Assembly: GCA_965248835.1 (NCBI GenBank)
Contig: CBDFLJ010000001.1
Location: forward strand, 576,001-640,000
Reading direction: 5' to 3'
Source: Alphaproteobacteria bacterium
GTDB taxonomy: Bacteria > Pseudomonadota > Alphaproteobacteria > MPNO01
Length of the DNA: 64,000 nucleotides
Shown: piece after piece, positions 9,394-19,174 of the stretch
Layout of the letters: the number at the start of each line of letters is the position of its first letter
Position numbering within the stretch: position 1 is the first letter of the stretch
Made by a program: the position numbers and the translations under genes
The notes under the pieces: model-generated
What the model was told of the DNA's origin: nothing
The model's database searches: none
The model's input: the letters and a program-made list of their open reading frames with translations, nothing else

Positions 9394-10466
9394 TCGGCCC
9401 GGTCAAGCCGATAGAAGTTGATCATGTTGTTGTAGAGCACGTTGCGCTTGACCTCGTCGCTGTACTCGTTGGAGGCGATGAACTCCGGCAACTCGGTCGT
9501 CAGATCCTCCTCGGTCGGCTCGTGCGGATAGTCCGAGGCATAGAGGATCTTCTCCGATCCGATGGCATCGAGGGTGTATTTGAGCCCGCGCTCGCCGAGC
9601 TCCATCGAGACCCAGAAATTCTCGCCCTCGCGGATATACTCCGACGGCCGCTTCTTCAGCCGGCTGCGCGCCGCCGTGCCGAAGATCGAATCGTATTCGT
9701 AATCCAGCCGGTCCATCATGAACGGCACCCAGGTGCAGCCGCCTTCCAGAAAGGCGATCCGCAGCCCCGGGAACTGGTCGTAGACGCCCGAAAAGATGAT
9801 GTCGGTAAGCTGGATCATCAGCGGGAACGGATGCTCCAGCGCGTGCACCTTGACGAACTCGTCGAAATGGTCGAAGCCGAGCCCGCGGCTCGGCGCGCCG
9901 TGGATGGCAAGCGGCATCTGGTGCTTTTCCGCCGCCGCGAAGATCGGCCGGAAGAACGGATCGCCGTAGGTCTTGCCGAGCCGCGTCATCGAGGGCAGCA
10001 GGCAGACCGGGAAGCGCACGCGCTCGGTCTTGCAGCGCGCGATCTCCGCGGCCGCGGCCGCGGGGTCCTGGACCGGCAGCAGGCCGGCGCCGAAGAACCG
10101 CTCGTCCTGGCTGGTATAGCGGTCTTCCAGCCAGTTGTTGTAGGCGATCGCCGTCGCGGTGGCCCATTCGACATCGGTGATCAGCCCGGCGCCGAGCCCT
10201 GCGGTGGGGTAGAGCACCGTCCCTTCGATGCCGATCAGATCGACCATCTCGCGCCAGATATCGGCGTTGGTGTGGAAGTATTTGCGGCTCGCATCCTCGG
10301 TCGAGTTGATCACCCCGCGCGCCCAGCCGTCCAGGCTCGGCCAGATCCCGAACGTGCGTTGCAGCCTGAGGTCCTTGAACCGGCCCTCGTAATATTGCAG
10401 CAGTTCTTCATCGTCCTCGAGCACGTGCCCGTCGCCGTCGAAGACTGGAAAGGGATGTTTCGCCAT
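9390..10466 (-). CDS. Amidohydrolase_2 family protein (decarboxylase/hydratase type)
   Basis: DGDGHVLE, LAIHG, AFLEGG, YASDYPH. Confidence 0.85.
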   Translation of the reverse strand: MAKHPFPVFDGDGHVLEDDEELLQYYEGRFKDLRLQRTFGIWPSLDGWARGVINSTEDASRKYFHTNADIWREMVDLIGIEGTVLYPTAGLGAGLITDVEWATATAIAYNNWLEDRYTSQDERFFGAGLLPVQDPAAAAAEIARCKTERVRFPVCLLPSMTRLGKTYGDPFFRPIFAAAEKHQMPLAIHGAPSRGLGFDHFDEFVKVHALEHPFPLMIQLTDIIFSGVYDQFPGLRIAFLEGGCTWVPFMMDRLDYEYDSIFGTAARSRLKKRPSEYIREGENFWVSMELGERGLKYTLDAIGSEKILYASDYPHEPTEEDLTTELPEFIASNEYSDEVKRNVLYNNMINFYRLDRAE

Positions 10467-10574
10467 GTCTCGTCCGCCTGCCTGTCGTGAACCCGGTCAC
10501 GGATCTTCGCCGAGACGGAGGGACAGCACAACCGTTGCCAGTCCCGACCGAAGGGATCACCATCGGGCTGCGGC

Positions 10575-12044
10575 TTGAGGGAGGGCGCTGTGCTGAGGAC
10601 GGGCGAGGACTATCTCCAGAGCATCCGCGACGGGCGGATCGTCTATGTCGGCAAGGAGCGGATCGAGGACGTCACGACACACCCCGCCTTCGCCAACGCG
10701 GCGCGCATGTACGCGGCGATGTACGATCTCAAGCGCGCGCCCGAGATGGCCGGCATCCTGTCGGTGGCCGATGGCGGCGCGGGCTACAGCGCCTATTTCC
10801 TCAAGCCCCGGGACCGCGCCGGGCTCGAACAGCGCGCCGCCGCCCACCGGGCGATCGCACGGTTCTCGCACGGGCTGTTGGGCCGCTCGCCCGATCACGT
10901 CGCAAGCTCGATCACCGGGCTATCGATGGGCTCGGAGGTGTTCGACCGCGCCGGCGCGAATTTCGCCAGGAACATCGATGCCTACTATCGCCACGCCCGC
11001 GACAACGATCTGTACCTGGCCTACGCGATCCTGCCGCCGCAGGGCGCGCGCAAGCCCGAACTCTACCAGACCGCCGACCGCGCCCCGCCGACGTTGCGGG
11101 TCACCGCCGAAGATGCCGACGGCGTGGTGCTCAACGGCATGAAGATGCTGGCGACCGGCGCCGTCTACGCCAACGAGCTGTGGATCGGCAACATCCTGCC
11201 GCTCGCCCCCAGCCAGGTGAAGGAATCGATCACCTGCGCGGTGCCGGTCAACGCGCCCGGTATCTCGCTCTGGGCGCGCAAGCCGATGACCGCCGACGGC
11301 GGGATCGAGTTCAACAACCCGCTGGCCCACCGGTTCGACGAATCCGATTCGATGATCGTCTTCGCCGACGTCCGCATCCCGTGGGAGCGCGTCTTCGTCC
11401 ACGACGACCCGGCGCTGTCGCGCGACATCTATGTCGAGACGCCGGCGCACTTCATGTCCAACCACCAGTCGAACATCCGCTTCGCCGCCAAGCTGCGGCT
11501 CCTGATCGGCCTTGCCAGCAAGATCGCCCGGTCGAACGGCGCGCGCGAGGTGCCGGCGGTGCGCGAAGTGCTGGGCGAGCTCGCCTCGATGGAGGCGGCC
11601 TATTCCGGGCTGGTCGACGGCCAGCTCCACGCCTTCGAGGCGGCGGCCAACGGTTACGTCCATGTCAACAAGCGCTACATGTACGCAGCCATCAACTACG
11701 CGGTGGAGAACTACAGCAAGATCTGCGATCAGATCCGCACGCTGATGGGCGGCGGCGTCTTCCAGATGCCTGCCAGCATCGATGTCGTCGAGGACGCCTC
11801 CCTGCGCGAGATCTTCGAGACCTACTGGTCGACCGGCGATGAGACCGCCGTGGAGCGTATGAAGCTCTTCCGGCTGGCCTGGGACATGCTGGGCTCGGAG
11901 TTCGCGATGCGCCACGACCAGTACGAAAAGTTCTATGTCGGCCAGCGCTTCATCGTGCGCAACTACAACATGCAGCACACCCCGTGGGAGGAGTTCGAGG
12001 GCCTGGCCGAGGGCATCATGGCGGCCTACGACGCGCCTGACTGA
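10575..12044 (+). CDS. 4-hydroxyphenylacetate 3-hydroxylase (HpaB-like) flavin monooxygenase, oxygenase component; start may be GTG 10590
   Basis: RTGEDYLQSIRDGR, VTTHPAF, GRSPDH, GMKMLATGA, RFDESD, IPWERVF, RHDQYEKFY. Confidence 0.85.
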   Translation: MREGAVLRTGEDYLQSIRDGRIVYVGKERIEDVTTHPAFANAARMYAAMYDLKRAPEMAGILSVADGGAGYSAYFLKPRDRAGLEQRAAAHRAIARFSHGLLGRSPDHVASSITGLSMGSEVFDRAGANFARNIDAYYRHARDNDLYLAYAILPPQGARKPELYQTADRAPPTLRVTAEDADGVVLNGMKMLATGAVYANELWIGNILPLAPSQVKESITCAVPVNAPGISLWARKPMTADGGIEFNNPLAHRFDESDSMIVFADVRIPWERVFVHDDPALSRDIYVETPAHFMSNHQSNIRFAAKLRLLIGLASKIARSNGAREVPAVREVLGELASMEAAYSGLVDGQLHAFEAAANGYVHVNKRYMYAAINYAVENYSKICDQIRTLMGGGVFQMPASIDVVEDASLREIFETYWSTGDETAVERMKLFRLAWDMLGSEFAMRHDQYEKFYVGQRFIVRNYNMQHTPWEEFEGLAEGIMAAYDAPD

Positions 12045-12082
12045 ACGGCTCGGCCGCAATCAGGCCGATTACCCGCCGGCCG

Positions 12083-13261
12083 TCAGCCCCAGAGCGCCTC
12101 GGAGGCCAGGCGTGCGCCTTCGGCCAGGCTCGCCAGCTTGGCGTAGACCACCGAGGGGACGAGGTACTCGCCGCCCGCGAAGGTGCCGAATCCGCAATCG
12201 ACGCCGGCGATGACGCGCTCGCGCCCGACGATGTCGGCATAGCGGCGGATGCGCTGCGCGATCAGGCGCGGATGCTCGACGAACGGCGTCGTCGAATCGA
12301 GGACGCCGGGCACCAGGATCTTGTCGTCGGGGATGCGGGCCGCTCCCCAGTCCTCCCATTCGTGCTCGTGGCGCGGGTTGGCGCCTTCGAACAGGATCGC
12401 CCGAGGCCGCGCCTTGGCCGCCCGCTCGGCGATCTTGGCCGCAGCGATGTCCAGCGTATGCGGGCCCGGGTAGTTGCCCCAGCACAGATGCATGCGCATC
12501 GCCTCGGGCGGGATGTTGCGGGTCGCGGAATTGATCGCCTCGACATTGCGCTCGACGATCCTGAGGAAGCCCTCTTCCGGGAGGTCGCGGTAGGCCATGT
12601 GGCGCACCATCGCGAGGTCCGGACAGTCGATCTGGAGGATCAGGCCGGCCGCGTGGATGGCCTCGTACTCGGTCTGCATCGCATCGGCGAGGTCGGCGAC
12701 ATAGGCGTCCTCGTCGCCGTAATGGGCATCGGGGATGAAATATGGCAGCACGCCGGGCGAAGCCGCGTTCATGAACCCTTCCACCCCCGGCGCCGCTTCG
12801 AGCGCCGCGGTGAAACGGGCGATGTCTTCATCGAGCGGCCCGCGGTCGCGGTAGGCCACCGGCCCCTCGCAGCGCAGCGCTGCGACCCGCGTCGGGCCGG
12901 TGCCCTGGAGCGCACGCGCTTCGACCAGTTCCGGATGCAGCGCCAAATCGGCCGGCGGGGCGTGCGGCGGCAACCCCTTTGCGGCGGCTTCGGCGGCATC
13001 GGCGGCGGCGATGCCCGACAGGCGATGGCGGACGTAGAAGGTATAGCCCATCTTGGACATCTCGCCGTCGCTGAGCACGTCGATGCCGGCTTCGATCTGG
13101 CGCGCGACGGCCTCGCCGACCGCCGTGCTGACCTGAGCCTCGAGATCCGCGGCGTCGAATTCGCCGCCCTTGTCCTGGGCGTCGAGCAGCGCCAGCAGCG
13201 CCTTCGGCCGCGGCAGGCTGCCGACATGGGTGGTCAGGATGCGCTCGGTGCTGGTTCTCAT
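12083..13261 (-). CDS. Cobalamin-independent methionine synthase II family (MetE C-terminal-like / epoxyalkane:CoM-transferase-like) protein
   Basis: TTHVGSLPRP, SDGEMSK, Zn ligands HLCWGN, E and VDCGF. Confidence 0.85.
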   Translation of the reverse strand: MRTSTERILTTHVGSLPRPKALLALLDAQDKGGEFDAADLEAQVSTAVGEAVARQIEAGIDVLSDGEMSKMGYTFYVRHRLSGIAAADAAEAAAKGLPPHAPPADLALHPELVEARALQGTGPTRVAALRCEGPVAYRDRGPLDEDIARFTAALEAAPGVEGFMNAASPGVLPYFIPDAHYGDEDAYVADLADAMQTEYEAIHAAGLILQIDCPDLAMVRHMAYRDLPEEGFLRIVERNVEAINSATRNIPPEAMRMHLCWGNYPGPHTLDIAAAKIAERAAKARPRAILFEGANPRHEHEWEDWGAARIPDDKILVPGVLDSTTPFVEHPRLIAQRIRRYADIVGRERVIAGVDCGFGTFAGGEYLVPSVVYAKLASLAEGARLASEALWG

Positions 13262-13379
13262 GACACCCTCGGGTTCCAGGATCGGCGGCAACTATCGCCC
13301 GCAGGCGAGCAGGCAGGCAAGCGGCGATGCCGATCGGTTCCATCGACCCGCCTCACCGTTCACGGGCGTCGACCAGCAT

Positions 13380-14138
13380 TCAGGGATCGACATATTCGAT
13401 GCCGTAGACGAAATCCATCACATCGGCGGTGATCGGACTGGTCTTCTCCTCGTAGACATGGGCGACCAGCCCGGCGGCCCGGCCGATCACCGAGCACGCG
13501 CGCATCACCTCGACCGGGAAGGCGATCTCGCTCAGGACCGCGGCGAGCCCGCCGGTGACGTTCAGCGTCAGGTGCTTGCCCATCGCCTTGTCGACCTCCT
13601 CGCCCAGCACGTGGACCAGGTCGATGAAGTCGCCCTTCGCGCCGTTCGCGCGCGCGATCTCGAACAACCGGGTCGCGCGGGGGTCCTCGGGCTTGTAGTA
13701 GGGATGTCCGAACCCGGGGACGAAACGGTTCTGGGCACGGAGCTCGGCGACCTTGTCGGCGAGCCAGGCGCGCCTGTCGCCGTCCTGCGCCATGCAGTCG
13801 TTCAGGATCTGGCCGCAGCCGGCCATGGTGCCGGCGAACCGGTTGCCGACCAGCAGCAGCCCGGCTGCGACCGGGACCTGAATGTCCGTCGGCACCGCGT
13901 TTTCGACCAGGCGCGAGACCAGGGCGTGCGGCGTAATCCCGTGATCGATCAGGATGATCAACGCCGAATCGAAGATCCTGACTTCGCCCGGGCTCGGTTC
14001 GCGCCCGGTGACGATGAAGAAGAACGTCTCGGTAAAGGTCATCTTGCCCATGATCTCGCCAAGCACGTCCTTGCCGCGCATCAGAAAGCGGGTGTTGTCG
14101 GGCAGCGGGGTGCCGATGCGGGTGGTGGGCCTGGTCAT
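13380..14138 (-). CDS. Citryl-CoA lyase / citrate-synthase-fold protein
   Basis: RGKDV, LIDHG, VPGFGHP..DPRA, LNVTG, RAAGLVAHVYEE; GGAGG RBS. Confidence 0.8.
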   Translation of the reverse strand: MTRPTTRIGTPLPDNTRFLMRGKDVLGEIMGKMTFTETFFFIVTGREPSPGEVRIFDSALIILIDHGITPHALVSRLVENAVPTDIQVPVAAGLLLVGNRFAGTMAGCGQILNDCMAQDGDRRAWLADKVAELRAQNRFVPGFGHPYYKPEDPRATRLFEIARANGAKGDFIDLVHVLGEEVDKAMGKHLTLNVTGGLAAVLSEIAFPVEVMRACSVIGRAAGLVAHVYEEKTSPITADVMDFVYGIEYVDP

Positions 14139-14245
14139 CTCGTCGCCTCCTTCGGGATCGCGGGCTCCAATCGCCCGGCCAAGGATATCTTGCAGGTTTG
14201 CCGCGCCGGTACCACCTAAGGGCAAGGATTGCGGGAGGTGAGAGG

Positions 14246-14887
14246 ATGGCAAACCGTGTCTTCGGCGCTCGGCTGTTCGCGGCAATCGTGATCGGCGGCA
14301 TCACCGCCGGCGCGGCCGGTGCAATCGCCCGGGAGGCCGGGACCGCGATTGCGACCTTTGCCGGGGGTTGTTTCTGGTGCGTCGAATCGGACTTCGACCA
14401 CGTGCCGGGGGTCCTGAAGACCGTCTCGGGCTATACCGGCGGGCAGCCCGTGAACCCGACCTACAGGCAGGTCACCGCCGGCGGCACCGGACATCGCGAG
14501 GCCGTGCAAATCACCTTCGATCCGTCCAAGGTCTCCTATGCCGCGCTGCTGGAGATCTTCTGGCGCAGCGTCGATCCGACCGACGCCGGCGGCCAGTTCT
14601 GCGACCGGGGCCAATCCTACGAGACCGCGATCTTCGCCAACTCGGCCGACCAGCGCCGCCTTGCCGCCCTTTCCAAGCGGCAGATCGACGAGTCGGGCAT
14701 CCTCAAGAAGAAGATCGTCACCCCGATCGAGGACGCCGGTCCGTTCTACGCCGCCGAGGACTATCACCAGGACTATTACAAGAAGAGCCCGCTGCGCTAC
14801 CGGTTCTACCGCTTCCGCTGCGGCCGCGACGCACAGGTGGAGGACGTCTGGGGCGATCAGGCCCACCGCGGCATCGCCGAACACTGA
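14246..14887 (+). CDS. msrA: Peptide-methionine (S)-S-oxide reductase MsrA with N-terminal signal peptide
   Basis: FAGGCFWCVESDF, SGYTGG, GHREAV, GGQFCDRG, AEDYHQDYY. Confidence 0.93.
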   Translation: MANRVFGARLFAAIVIGGITAGAAGAIAREAGTAIATFAGGCFWCVESDFDHVPGVLKTVSGYTGGQPVNPTYRQVTAGGTGHREAVQITFDPSKVSYAALLEIFWRSVDPTDAGGQFCDRGQSYETAIFANSADQRRLAALSKRQIDESGILKKKIVTPIEDAGPFYAAEDYHQDYYKKSPLRYRFYRFRCGRDAQVEDVWGDQAHRGIAEH

Positions 14888-14899
14888 ACCGTCGCCCGA

Positions 14900-14928
14900 T
14901 TGGCCGCGCGCGCCAAAGCCGCTAGCGT
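14900..14928 (+). promoter_or_regulatory. Putative sigma70 promoter for a leaderless transcript
   Basis: TTGGCC (14900-14905), 17-nt spacer, TAGCGT (14923-14928); ATG 14937 follows 8 nt later with no SD. Confidence 0.5.
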
Positions 14929-14936
14929 GCGGCGGC

Positions 14937-15998
14937 ATGTTCGTGCGCAATTCGTGGTATGTGGCGGCCTTCTCGAGCGAGATCGGCCGCGCGCCGTTCG
15001 CCCGCACGATCCTCGGTGAGCCGTTGGTGCTATACCGCCGGGGCGACGGGTCGGTCGCGGCGTTGGAAGACCGGTGCTGCCACCGCGCCCTGCCGCTGTC
15101 GATGGGTCGGGTGGAGGGCGATGCGCTGCGCTGCGGCTATCACGGCCTGCTCTTCGATGCCGCCGGGACCTGCATCGAGGTGCCGGGTCAGACTCACGTC
15201 CCGCCAGGCGCGGCGGTCGGCGCCTATCCGGTCCACGAGCGCTGGGGCTGGGTGTGGATCTGGATGGGCCTATCCGAACGCGCCGATCCGGCGCAGATCC
15301 CCGACTGGTGGTGGATGGACCACCCCGACTGGCGGGTGGTCGAGGGCAACGGCGCGACGCCGCTGCACATGGAGTGCAACTACGAGCTGATCACCGACAA
15401 CCTGATGGACGTCTCGCACCTGACCTACGTCCATTCGTCCTCGATCGGGGCGGAGTCGATCCCGGACTTCCCGATCAGGACCGAGCGGCGCGGGCGGCTC
15501 GTGCGCATGACCCGATGGGTGCTCGACCGCCCGGCAGCGCCGTTCTACCAGGCCGCCGGCAAATTTCCCGGCAATGTCGACCGCTGGATGATCACCGACA
15601 CCGAGCTTCCCTGCCACACGGTCAACGATGTCGGTTGTGCGCCGGCGGGAGCGGGCGCCGCCGACGGCGACCGCACCCGGGCGGTCGAGTTCCGGGTCCT
15701 GAACGCCCCGACGCCGGAAACCGCGACGTCCACCCACTACTTCTATGCCCGCCCCCGCCGCTTCGCCCAGGACAGCGCCGAGATGGACGAGGTCTTCCGC
15801 ACCCGGTTCGATGCGGTCTTCATCGAGGACAAGGCGGTGCTGGAGGCCCAGCAGCGGCGGCTCGGCGCCGCGCCCCGTGCCGCGCGGATCGACATCAATG
15901 CCGACATCCCGGGACTCGCCGTCCGGCGCATGCTGCGGGCGATGATCGAAGAGGAGCGCGCCGCGGTGCAGGGGCGATTGTCGTCCGGCCGGAATTGA
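14937..15998 (+). CDS. Rieske oxygenase, vanillate O-demethylase (VanA)-like alpha3 type
   Basis: MFVRNSWYVAA, DRCCHR..CGYHG Rieske motif, DNLMDVSHLTYVH, FIEDKAVLEAQQ. Confidence 0.88.
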   Translation: MFVRNSWYVAAFSSEIGRAPFARTILGEPLVLYRRGDGSVAALEDRCCHRALPLSMGRVEGDALRCGYHGLLFDAAGTCIEVPGQTHVPPGAAVGAYPVHERWGWVWIWMGLSERADPAQIPDWWWMDHPDWRVVEGNGATPLHMECNYELITDNLMDVSHLTYVHSSSIGAESIPDFPIRTERRGRLVRMTRWVLDRPAAPFYQAAGKFPGNVDRWMITDTELPCHTVNDVGCAPAGAGAADGDRTRAVEFRVLNAPTPETATSTHYFYARPRRFAQDSAEMDEVFRTRFDAVFIEDKAVLEAQQRRLGAAPRAARIDINADIPGLAVRRMLRAMIEEERAAVQGRLSSGRN

Positions 15999-16039
15999 AC
16001 CATTGTCTTGGCGATAAGGACCGATGGCAGGAGAGGATC

Positions 16040-16831
16040 ATGACCGCCCACGCGCACGACGAATTCCAGCTTGCACCGCCTTCAACCGGGTTCGGCGAGG
16101 TCCTCAACGAGGAGCTTGCGCATCTCGGCAACCGCATGCGCAACCACGCGATCGTCGAGGATGTCGAGGCCGGCAAGGCCTCGATGGCGCTGATCCGCGG
16201 ATTCACCAAGGAATTCCTGCCAATCGTGCGCGGCACATACCGCCGGATGGCGATGCGCCTGCAGCACGCGGCCTTCCACGACTACCACTTGCAGATGAAG
16301 CTGCTGCAGGAATGCGAGGAAGAGGTCTTCCACACGCCAATGTACCTGCGCTGGTGCGAGGCGATCGGGATGAGGATCCCCGAAGACCTGGTCGATGAAA
16401 TGTTCATCCCCGAGACCTATGCCTTCGTGCTGCTGCTGGATGCGGCATCGGCCGGCCGGGCCACCCTGGAGGAGACTTGCGGCCGGGTGTTCGAGCCCGA
16501 CGTCGCCTGGGACGGGTTCAACAACTATTCCCAGCAGTCCTCGCTGGTGCAGACGATCGCGATCAGCGGCTTCGCGCTGCGCGGCTTCCCGGTTGCCTCG
16601 GATCGGCTGCGCGACGGCTTCAAGGAGCATTACGGCTATAGCGACGAAGAGGTCGAGTTCTGGACCGAGCACGGCACCGTCGACATGGAGCACGCCGAGA
16701 TGGGCGTGGACATCATCGACCGCTACGCGACCACCCCGGGCTTGCAGAAGCGCGCGCGCGAGGCCGCGACCCTGAGCCTCGAGCTGTGGCTCCGCCAGTG
16801 GGATGCGGTCTACGCCAAATACCAGCACTGA
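16040..16831 (+). CDS. Heme-oxygenase-like (TenA/PqqC/CADD, iron-containing redox enzyme) family protein
   Basis: C-terminal part of ORF 15074..16831, GGAGAGG RBS; EEEVFH and FWTEHGTVDMEH motifs, helical character. Confidence 0.75.
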   Translation: MTAHAHDEFQLAPPSTGFGEVLNEELAHLGNRMRNHAIVEDVEAGKASMALIRGFTKEFLPIVRGTYRRMAMRLQHAAFHDYHLQMKLLQECEEEVFHTPMYLRWCEAIGMRIPEDLVDEMFIPETYAFVLLLDAASAGRATLEETCGRVFEPDVAWDGFNNYSQQSSLVQTIAISGFALRGFPVASDRLRDGFKEHYGYSDEEVEFWTEHGTVDMEHAEMGVDIIDRYATTPGLQKRAREAATLSLELWLRQWDAVYAKYQH

Positions 16832-16840
16832 GGCAACGCG

Positions 16841-19174
16841 ATGGGCGATCGGGGGATCGGGGCGAGCGTCCCGCGCAACGAGGACGCGCGCTTCCTGCAC
16901 GGCCGCGGCCAGTATGTCGGCGACATCGCGCTGCCGCGGACGCTGAACGCGGCGTTCCTGCGCTCTCCGGTAGCGCACGCCCGGGTCCGCGCGATCCGCA
17001 TCCCCGATGCGATCCGCGAGCATGTCTTCGTTGCGGCCGATCTTGAAGACGTCAAGCCGATCCGGGCAATCGCCTCGCTCGCCGGCTACAAGGCGTCCGA
17101 CTATCCGGTGCTGGCGACCGAAAAGGTGCGCTTCGTGGGCGAACCGGTGGCGGTCGCGGTTGCGGCCGAGCGCGGCGAGGCCGAGGACCTGATCGAACAG
17201 GTGGTCTTCGACTACGAGGCGCTGCCGGCGGCGGTCGAATCCCTGGAGGCGCGGGGGCCCGGCGCACCCCTGGTCCACGAGCACTGGGGCGACAACATCG
17301 TCCATTCCGGCGTCTTCCAGGCCGGCGAGATCGACCGTATCGCCGGCGAGGCGGCGCACGCGGTCACCCGATCCTTCAAGATCGGCCGTCAGGTCCACAT
17401 GCCCATGGAAAGCCGCGCGGCGCTCGCCCATTACGACACGCGGCTGGATGAGATCGTCATCTACAACTCCAACCAGATGCCGCATCTGATCCAGTCCGGC
17501 CTCGCCGACGTGCTCGGGATCGAGCAGCGCCGCGTCCGGGTGGTCTCGCCCGATGTCGGCGGCGGGTTCGGCTTGAAGATCTATGTCGAGCCCGAATGCG
17601 TCGTGGCGGCCTGGCTCGCCAGAAAGCTCGGCCGGCCGGTGCGCTGGATCGAGGACAATTTCGAGCACCTGACCGCCGATGCCAACTGCCGCGAGCACCG
17701 CTACACCATCACCGCCCACACCGACGGCGGCGGCAGGATCCTGGGCGTGGAGTTCGACGTCACCGTCGATGCCGGGGCCTATTCGATCTGGCCGTGGACT
17801 TCGGCGGTCGAGGCCGCCCAGGCCGGCGGCATCCTGACCTCGGCCTACGATTTCCGCCACTTTCGCGCCAAGGTCTCCACGGTCGCGACCAACAAGCCGC
17901 CGATCGTGGTCTACCGCGGCGTCGCGCGGCCCGGCGTGTGCTTCGCCGAGGAGCTGCTGATCGATGCGATCGCGCGCACCGTGGGGCGCGAACCGCACGA
18001 GGTCCGGATCGACAACATGGTCCGCGCCGAACAGATGCCGTATACCACCGTCACCAACAAGGTCTACGACAGCGGCGACTACCCGGCCTGCATCGGCAAA
18101 GCCGCCGAGATGATCGACGTCGCGGCCGTCCGCGCCCGCCAGAAGGCCGGCGCGGATGACGGGCGGCTGATCGGCGTCGGCTTCGGCTGCTATACCGAAC
18201 AGACCGCCCACGGCACCTCGGTGCTGTCGAAATGGGGGGTCGAGTTGGTCCCGGGCTTCGAGCCGGCGCGCGCCCGGCTGACGCCCGACGGCGAACTGGT
18301 GCTCGAAGTCGCGATCCATTCCCACGGTCAGGGCTTACAGACCACGCTGGCCCAGGTCGCAAGCGAGGTCCTGGGGCTCGACCCGAGTCGGATCGCGGTG
18401 CGGTTCGGCGACACCTCGGTCTCGCCCTACGGGACCGGGACCTACGCATCGCGCAGCATCGTGATGGCGGGCGGTGCGGTCGCGCTGGCAAGCCGCTCGC
18501 TTGCCGAGCGTATCGGCCATATCGGAGCGCACCTGCTGCAATGCGACCGCGCCGAGGTCAGGGTCGAGAACGCCGAGGTCCACGGTCCCGGCGGCAGCGT
18601 CGACTTCAAGGCCGTGGCCCGGGCCTGGTACGCCCATCCCGAGGAGCTGCCGCCCGACATCGACCGCGAGGGGTTGACGGTAACCAGCGGCTACCGCCCC
18701 GAGCCCGATTCGGGGGTCTTCTCATACGCCACCCACGCCGCGGTGATCGCGTTGGATCCCGAGCTCGGCGCGGTCGAGATCCTCGACTACGTCGTGGTCG
18801 AGGATTGCGGCCAGGTGGTCAACCCGATGATCGTCGACGGCCAGGTGATCGGCGGCACCGTGCAGGGGATCGGCACCGCGCTCTACGAGGAGGCGGTCTT
18901 CGATGCCGACGGCCAGCCGCTCAACGGCACGCTCGCCGACTACCAGATCCCCGGCGCGACCGAGGTTCCCGATATCCGCCTGTCGCACATGTCCACCCCA
19001 TCGCCGTGGACCGAGTTCGGCATCAAGGGGATGGGCGAGGGCGGGGCGATCGCGCCGCCGGCCGCGATCGGCAATGCGATCAACGACGCGCTGTCGGTCC
19101 TCGGCGTGGAGATCACCCAGTCGCCGATGACGCCGCGGCGGATCATGGCGGCGCTCGAGGAGGCGGGCCGATGA
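16841..19174 (+). CDS. Xanthine dehydrogenase family molybdopterin-binding large subunit (CoxL-like, not form I CODH)
   Basis: EDARFLHGRGQY, DVGGGFGLK, active-site loop VYRGVAR, GTYASRS, GIKGMGEGG. Confidence 0.92.
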   Translation: MGDRGIGASVPRNEDARFLHGRGQYVGDIALPRTLNAAFLRSPVAHARVRAIRIPDAIREHVFVAADLEDVKPIRAIASLAGYKASDYPVLATEKVRFVGEPVAVAVAAERGEAEDLIEQVVFDYEALPAAVESLEARGPGAPLVHEHWGDNIVHSGVFQAGEIDRIAGEAAHAVTRSFKIGRQVHMPMESRAALAHYDTRLDEIVIYNSNQMPHLIQSGLADVLGIEQRRVRVVSPDVGGGFGLKIYVEPECVVAAWLARKLGRPVRWIEDNFEHLTADANCREHRYTITAHTDGGGRILGVEFDVTVDAGAYSIWPWTSAVEAAQAGGILTSAYDFRHFRAKVSTVATNKPPIVVYRGVARPGVCFAEELLIDAIARTVGREPHEVRIDNMVRAEQMPYTTVTNKVYDSGDYPACIGKAAEMIDVAAVRARQKAGADDGRLIGVGFGCYTEQTAHGTSVLSKWGVELVPGFEPARARLTPDGELVLEVAIHSHGQGLQTTLAQVASEVLGLDPSRIAVRFGDTSVSPYGTGTYASRSIVMAGGAVALASRSLAERIGHIGAHLLQCDRAEVRVENAEVHGPGGSVDFKAVARAWYAHPEELPPDIDREGLTVTSGYRPEPDSGVFSYATHAAVIALDPELGAVEILDYVVVEDCGQVVNPMIVDGQVIGGTVQGIGTALYEEAVFDADGQPLNGTLADYQIPGATEVPDIRLSHMSTPSPWTEFGIKGMGEGGAIAPPAAIGNAINDALSVLGVEITQSPMTPRRIMAALEEAGR

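Noticed and set aside
14246-14887. MsrA as a second selenoprotein
   Set aside because: The catalytic GCFWC motif is encoded by TGT/TGC; there is no in-frame TGA.
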